Shown: one piece after another, positions 44,326 through 48,676 of the stretch
Layout of the letters: each line of letters begins with the position of its first letter
Numbering within the stretch: the stretch's first letter is position 1
From: Polymyxa betae A26-41
Lineage: Eukaryota > Protista > Endomyxa: Phytomyxea
Assembly (NCBI GenBank): GCA_003693705.1
Contig: RBZT01000842.1
Span: 1-48,676, forward strand
DNA length: 48,676 nt
Reading direction: 5' to 3'
Notes under the pieces: model-generated
What the model saw: only the letters and a program-made list of their open reading frames with translations
Told to the model about the DNA's origin: nothing
Database searches by the model: none
Translations under genes and position numbers: made by a program

Positions 44326-47300
44326 ATGGCTGTATTAACGATTGCAACTGATGACGAACCTATGCTCGATGATGAGGAGATAGTCTATCACCGGAGAACT
44401 CCAACCGAAGAAGACGACGAAACGGGCCAAGGGTCTGTTGAAGAAGTTGATGATGACCATAGTCAGCGAATGCTGAACAATGGCGACCACCAGGACACGG
44501 GCAATAGCCTCGGAGCGCCCAATAATGAAGAATTGGTGGATAACCATAGCCGCCAGATGACTGATGGCCGAACACGAAGCGTTCCTACGGCGATCTCGCT
44601 GTGGACGAGACGAACAAGTCTCCGGTACTCCGGAAACTGGATCGCAAAGCGATTCTAAAATTCGTCGACAGCAGAGAACGCTACCTGCGCAATTTCCACT
44701 ATGCAAACACAGCAAGGAATCCACGTTCGTTGGTTTCGATGGTATAGACGACTATGCTGGAGACGGTCTGTGAATGCGATCTGGCTATAGATGTTGACCA
44801 TGGCATCGAGGCTTGGATCACCCAGGCTTTGAAAGAGGATCGGTCGCAGGATTCACAGATCGAGAAGAAGATGAAGCAGATGAGGAAGAACTTGATGATT
44901 GAGGCCCCCAGTATCCGGATCACAGACCTGTTCGCCCAATTCAATAAAATTGTCAAAGACAATGGTTGGAAACATCTGAGGATGGGCAAAAGATGAAAAT
45001 TCGGTTCCTTGTGAATGCAATTGAACCGAAGGAGCTTAAAACTATAATTAAGAGCAAGATGAATCGAAAATTGAGCCCCGACTTGCGAAGCAGCCCACAG
45101 CGTTCCTGTTACTACTGCGTGAGAAGACCATCAACCATGAAGAAACGCGAACGCTAAGCAAAGGGAGGAAGACGACAAGAAGAAAACAGTGCGCAAACGG
45201 CAGCGCAATGATGGCCAGAAACCCCGTGAGATGACGAAGAACGAGAACAAAGCGGACCGGTCCAAGCTGAGATGTTTCAACTGTGGAAAATATGGACACG
45301 CAGCATTAAAATGCCCGGAAGGCCTGTCCAAAGAAGAGTCCACAAGCGGCTGAAAAAGCGCGATAATAAATTCAAGAAGTATTCCAACTACGCTATGGTC
45401 TGCAGGATTGGTAGTGTCCTACTTGGCGCATTAATCATCAGGGGAACAGATGAAGTCAAGGTCACAGAAAAAGATTCCAAAGGCGACGACGCCTTATCGG
45501 AAGATTTCGAAGATTTTGATGATATGGTAATAAAAAACCACACAGATGTCGAAGAAATCGAAGAAGGCCTGAAAACCTAAATTTGCTTATTTTTTTATTA
45601 GATTTGGTAAATACCAAAATTAAACCTGCCTTAACTGAAGAAGCTAGAAGAAATGGATTACCAGAAGAATGGACGAGGAAACTCATCTGGCTCATACACA
45701 AGTATCGAGATGTATGGCGGGTGACGCTGAGCCCAGACGCACCGGCGAGAGTGCAGCCGTTTGTATCCCGGCTAATACCGCAAGCAAGGCCATTAAAATG
45801 TCCCAATCGGCGGTATAATTCAGATGATAGCAAATTTTTACGACAGTTTATCACAGAACTGGAAACCAACAATTTCGTAGAAGAAAACCCCAATTCAGAA
45901 TAGGCTTCCCCAGTTGTCGTTGTGAAGAAACAAGATGGCAGTAGAAGGATGTGCGTAGATCTGCGAGGAGTGAGCGCAATATCGGCAAGTACAGCATGGT
46001 CAATGCCATTCATGGAAGCCATAGTGAATAATTTAGCTGGATCCAAGTTCTGGTTCAAACTAGACGCGTTGAAAGGCTTTTAGATGATGTCATTAGCAGA
46101 GGAATGTTGTGAAATGTTCTCGTTCAAGACAGGCAGAGGAGTTTATACACCGAAAAGATCCATACAGGGCGCTCTGATCTCTGCTACGCAGTTTCAGGCG
46201 AGGATGACTGCAATATTTAAGAATCTAATTCAAGAATCTTTAATTGTATGGATTGATCACCTATTAGGGTACGCAAGTTCACTGGATATCTGGTTTAGTA
46301 CTCTAGAAACGACATTAAGACTAGCAGCTAAACATAATATTAAGCTGAACGTGAAGAAATCTGAATTGTTCACTTGAAGAGTTGAAGTTTTGCGGACGAA
46401 TATTCACTACGGGCGGAGTCACACACGACACCGCCAGAATAGATGCGCTGCTTGCGATTCCGCAACCAAAAACGGCCAGGGATCTGCAGCAGTTTCTGAT
46501 GGCAACACAATGGATGAGCAAGTTTATCCATGAATACAATAAAAAGGTTCATGTCTTACAAGATATATTGGAACTTAGTATGAAGGATCAACCATCGATG
46601 AACAAAAGCATAGCGAGGCAAGTCAGACTCTCCAAGTATGGATGGAGCCCAGATCATGCGCTCGTTTTCAAGAAGCTGAAGACAACGATAGCCAACAATG
46701 TTAAGCTGGCATATCCGAGAGAAGACATGGTGCAGTGCATGTTCACAGCTGCCAATGAATCGAGCACTTCAGGAATGGTGACTCAGATTCCAATGGAAGA
46801 TGTAAACAAACCTGTAACGTTAGAGAAGCATGAGCCATTAGGATTTGTAGGCCACCGGTTAAATAGATGTGAAATGAACTGGAGTGTTGCCGAGAAAGAA
46901 GGGCGCGCAATAAAAGACTCGATGCAGAAGTTGGATTATTTATTACAGATGAATCGACCATTCAAATTATTCAGCGATCATAAATACCTGATACAAATAT
47001 TTTCGCCAACGAATGTGTCAAAACCAACTGCTCAGAAGTTACAAAGATGGGCCCTTTACATGCAGCGATTTCACTACCAAATCGAGCACATCAAAGGAGA
47101 AGAGAACATTTGGGCCGATCTGATGACAAGATGGGAAGCGAAACCAGTTGATATGAAGTCCCTACGCATCAACTGGTCCGCAGAGTGCGCACAGTAACTG
47201 TCCCAGATGACCAGAGGATTAGACCTTTACAAAACTCCGGGTTTGTATAGCATACTGTAGAAGAAATACAGAAAATTCAGAAGAAATGGTTATCAAATAT

Positions 47301-48200
47301 TGACAGCCGAAAAAACATGAAGACGGTTTAATAGTCACAGATAAGAAAGAAGTGATAATTCCGTTAGAAGCAGAAGAAATAAGATGCCGGTTATGTTTAA
47401 TCGCCCATGATGGAGGAAACAGTGGACACCTCGGGTACCAGGCCAGCACGCAAAAACTGACGCAGTTTTTTTACTGGAAGAACTGTACCGAAAACGTAAA
47501 GACGGTATGCAGTTCATGCCTGCACTGCTTGCCCACCAGAGGAGGAATGAGGATTCCACGACCTCTAGGAACCCAGGTTCATGGTCAGCAACCGAATGAA
47601 TTGTTACATATGGATTGGATTTATATCTGGCCAATGAAGAAGAACGGTATTCATGAATACCAGTGGAACCAAATTCTACGAGATGACCTTGTAGGGATGA
47701 TAAAGATAACACCCGCAAAAATTCCTGATACCTCCGTGACAGTAGAGGCACTGATGGAGGGGAGGGCCCTGTTCGGAATACCAAAAATTGTGGTCTCTGA
47801 TATGGCGTCCTACTTTGTTTCGACGACTACGAAGGAGTTCGCCAAAAGGTGTAATAAGAAGCAGCATGTCACCACGGCATATGGACACTACAATAATGGC
47901 ACTTTTGAGATTATCAATAAAAGTTATTTAGCATTAATAAGAGCCCTATTGTCCGAACTCAGATGGGAGAAGGAATACTGGCCATGGCTGAACCGTTATG
48001 CTGAGCACACTATAAACCACAGAGGACAGAATCGTCTGAATGGTAATGCGCCAGTAACAGTGATGACTGGATTGAAACGTGACTAACCTCTTAACGAAAT
48101 TTTATGATTCCCAGTACGACGGAATTTTACAAAAATTGCGTTGACAGGAAGAGCGTTCAGATGAAAATTGAAGAATTGTGGGACATGCTAGACAGCATGC
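44326..48200 (+). pseudogene. Gypsy gag-pol of element 3
   Basis: CFNCGKYGHAALKC (~45273-45315), SPVVVVKK, VWIDHLL, HEPLGFVGH, HDGGNSGHLG...CLHC and SDMASYF motifs. Confidence 0.93.
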
Positions 48201-48676
48201 ACAAACTGCGCGACGAAAAATGTGCGTTCGCAGAATGTGTAGAAGACCATATTAGAAGCCTTACTCAAAAGTCAAACTGAAAATCTACTATTGTTTTTCA
48301 AGCTTTAATCCCAATGGGTTTGAATGCTGAAACTACAGCAAATGATCAGAAAGTCCGATTTTAGATGACATGATGAAATGTAAATCAATATAAATATAAA
48401 AATTTATATGATGACATTGATGACTGTTGACTGATGGCTGATGACTGATGACTATAAATGAAATTCGATGGTAGCGCTATGATGACTTACAATATAGACG
48501 AATTTTTATGACGAATTCGATGATCGGATCTGATAATGATGACCTTTGGATGATGAGATGACATGGTGAATGTTGGTATTGCGTCCAATCCCGAGAGCAT
48601 AACACGTCTATACGCGGGGAGGAGAAAAGGCTCACACGACAGACAATCTCGCTGCCACCGCGAGCCAACACTCGAC

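Larger units (their letters stand above)
44092..48676 (+). mobile_element. Ty3/gypsy element 3, same lineage as elements 1 and 2; internally deleted, 3' LTR not seen in the window
   Basis: Putative 5' LTR 44092-44306, then gag, RT, RH and INT closely colinear with element 2; protease and integrase C-terminus/chromodomain are missing. Confidence 0.9.

Noticed and set aside
48614-48630. PPT and 3' LTR of gypsy element 3
   Set aside because: The purine run is not followed by TG or by any match to 44092-44306.
1-48676. CRISPR array, rRNA, tRNA or intact host gene
   Set aside because: No regularly spaced repeat-spacer array or RNA-gene signature was seen. The short repeat clusters (1077-1210, hAT ends) have irregular spacing and mixed orientation, as in transposon subtermini.

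Overview
Eukaryotic transposon graveyard with no recognisable host gene, RNA gene or CRISPR array; essentially all of the 48.7 kb is nested, decayed mobile DNA. Short (47-55 nt) spliceosomal-type introns suggest a protist- or fungus-like genome, but the organism cannot be determined from this window. Resolved contents: three related chromodomain-lineage Ty3/gypsy LTR retrotransposons (1912-5195 minus, 36526-42155 plus, 44092-window end plus) and a fragment of a fourth, unrelated one; one full-length Ty1/copia element with both LTRs and a 5-bp TSD (33763-43848) and two copia relics; four two-gene PIF/Harbinger elements (two bounded by TIRs and TAA TSDs); one full-length hAT element and two hAT deletion derivatives with 8-bp TSDs; further hAT and possibly MULE relics. 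All coding regions carry stops or frameshifts. Two candidates for undescribed biology: (1) a ~1050-codon piggyBac-like DDD transposase pseudogene (5316-8471, minus) with a SAP domain and a YqaJ/lambda-exonuclease-like PD-(D/E)XK nuclease inserted in frame between the second and third catalytic Asp positions; (2) gypsy elements with no tRNA primer-binding site but a covarying perfect 10-bp palindrome (AAGA-CG-TCTT and AAGA-AT-TCTT) directly after the 5' LTR. Domain calls were made by eye from motifs, not by database search.
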